Shown in pieces: positions 62,960 to 64,000 of a stretch of DNA of 64,000 nucleotides; the first letter of the stretch is position 1, and every line of letters begins with the position of its first letter. The stretch spans positions 608,001 through 672,000 of the forward strand of contig CAVVJT010000007.1 of assembly GCA_963748625.1 (NCBI GenBank), given 5' to 3'. A program made the translations under genes and the position numbers. A model generated the notes under the pieces. It worked only from the letters and a program-made list of their open reading frames with translations, was not told where the DNA came from and did no database searches. This stretch comes from an uncultured Chloroflexia bacterium. GTDB taxonomy: Bacteria; Chloroflexota; Limnocylindria; Limnocylindrales; CSP1-4.

Positions 62960-63017
62960 GTTCCATCTCCACGCTTCGGTGGGACGCGCGGTGCCGTCAA
63001 GTCTAGTCGCCTCGCAT

Positions 63018-63035
63018 TGTGCTACCCTGTGCTAC
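63018..63035 (+). promoter_or_regulatory. Putative TA operator (direct repeat)
   Basis: TGTGCTAC x2 at 10-bp spacing immediately before the antitoxin ATG. Confidence 0.45.
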
Positions 63036-63339
63036 ATGAGTGAGGCGGGAGCGCGGCCGGCGCGGGTCGGGGTCCGGGAGCTGCGGCAGAACCTGTCCGT
63101 GTACCTGGACCGCGTGAAGGCCGGTGAGACCCTGGAGGTGACCGAGCACGGGCACCCCGTCGGGCATCCTTGCGCCACTCCCGGTGAAGCCGATGTCGAT
63201 CGTGGACCGGGGCATCGCCGAGGGCTGGATCACACCCGCAACCACGGACCATCGCAGCACGCCGCCGCCACCCAAGATCCCCGGGCGCCCCCTCAGCGAG
63301 ATCCTCCAGGAGATGCGGGACGAGGAGCGCATGCTGTGA
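63036..63339 (+). CDS. Phd/YefM antitoxin (frameshift ~63165)
   Basis: VGVRELRQNLS.YL.RV..GE...VT.HG.PV; C-terminus LSEILQEMRDEER in another frame. Confidence 0.8.
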
Positions 63340-63725
63340 GTCTGGCCTACCTGGATGCCTCGGCGCTGGTCAGGCTGATCGTGGACGAAGCCGAGTCGGC
63401 GGGTCTCAACCGCTGGTACGTGGAGGCGGAGCGCCTGATGACCAGTCGTGTCGGGGTCATCGAGACGATCAGGGCCACGGGCCGGCGCACATTCGACAAG
63501 CGCCAGCGGGACCGGATCCTCTCGGATGTCGAGGTCATGGAGCTCGGACCGGCGATCGCGGCGTCGGCCGCCGTCGTCGGCTCGCCGCTCCTGCGGACGC
63601 TCGATGCGATCCACCTCGCCTCGGCGATGGCGCTGATGCCGGAGCTAGACGCCTTCGTCACGTACGACGACCGCCTCGCCGAGGCCGCGCGGAGCCTGGG
63701 GCTGCCGGTGGTGCGGCCGGCCTGA
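63336..63725 (+). CDS. vapC: VapC PIN-domain toxin
   Basis: YLDASALV, LRTLDAIHLASA, FVTYD.RL..AA. Confidence 0.88.
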   Translation: MSLAYLDASALVRLIVDEAESAGLNRWYVEAERLMTSRVGVIETIRATGRRTFDKRQRDRILSDVEVMELGPAIAASAAVVGSPLLRTLDAIHLASAMALMPELDAFVTYDDRLAEAARSLGLPVVRPA

Positions 63726-63753
63726 CCGGGGCACGGAGGCGCACCTGGAACGG

Positions 63754-63783
63754 CGAAGGCGGACCCTCGCGGATCCGCCTTCG
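63754..63783. terminator. Stem-loop between convergent genes
   Basis: CGAAGGCGGA...TCCGCCTTCG 10-bp stem. Confidence 0.6.
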
Positions 63784-63804
63784 AGTTTCGTGCGTGGGCG
63801 AACG

Positions 63805-64000
63805 TCAGGCCAGGACGGGTGCCTCGAGCTTCTCGACGCGGATCGCGGCGGCCTTGAACTCGGCCGTGCCGGACTTCCAGTCCGTGGCGTCGATCGTCAG
63901 GACGTTCACCGGGACGTCGTCCTGGTGGTGGAAGGTGATGAACGCGAGGCCGGGCCGGAGACCCGGGTCCGCCGCGACGGGGACCTCGATGGAGCCGCGC
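63805..64000 (-). CDS. C-terminus of a molybdopterin oxidoreductase (formate dehydrogenase alpha-like), partial
   Basis: RGSIEVPV..LRPGLAFITFH...NVLT.DA.D.KSGTAEFKAAAIRVEK. Confidence 0.8.
   Translation of the reverse strand, partial: RGSIEVPVAADPGLRPGLAFITFHHQDDVPVNVLTIDATDWKSGTAEFKAAAIRVEKLEAPVLA

Overview
GC-rich bacterial window with many single-base frameshifts, densest at 23.8-46 kb and probably long-read errors. The gene content (system II heme maturation, no beta-barrel porin, actinobacterial-type accessory genes) suggests a monoderm such as Chloroflexota; this is inference. Contents: (1) a PotABCD-type ABC transporter coupled to an MttB-family methyltransferase, tRNA-Sec, selD and two more MttB paralogs; (2) lipoproteins, a DUF2249/HTH/DUF59/NnrS-like module, aroQ, tryptophanase, an eCIS-effector-like protein, an MFS pump and a PLP decarboxylase; (3) a ~21 kb extracellular-electron-transfer-like island with three hexaheme cytochromes whose motif order matches OmcS nanowire proteins, an octaheme, a decaheme NapC/NirT protein, two TPR+NHL modules and CcdA/ResB/CcsA/ResA; (4) TA modules, an IS30, a Rieske protein, a NarXL-type two-component system and NAD-linked formate dehydrogenase-like subunits. 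At least 13 REPIN-like elements (two arms 94-96 bp apart, three subfamilies) are dispersed across the window. Each subfamily sits next to or flanks its own XRE-HTH/PD-(D/E)XK-like gene, which may be an undescribed repeat/nuclease selfish system.
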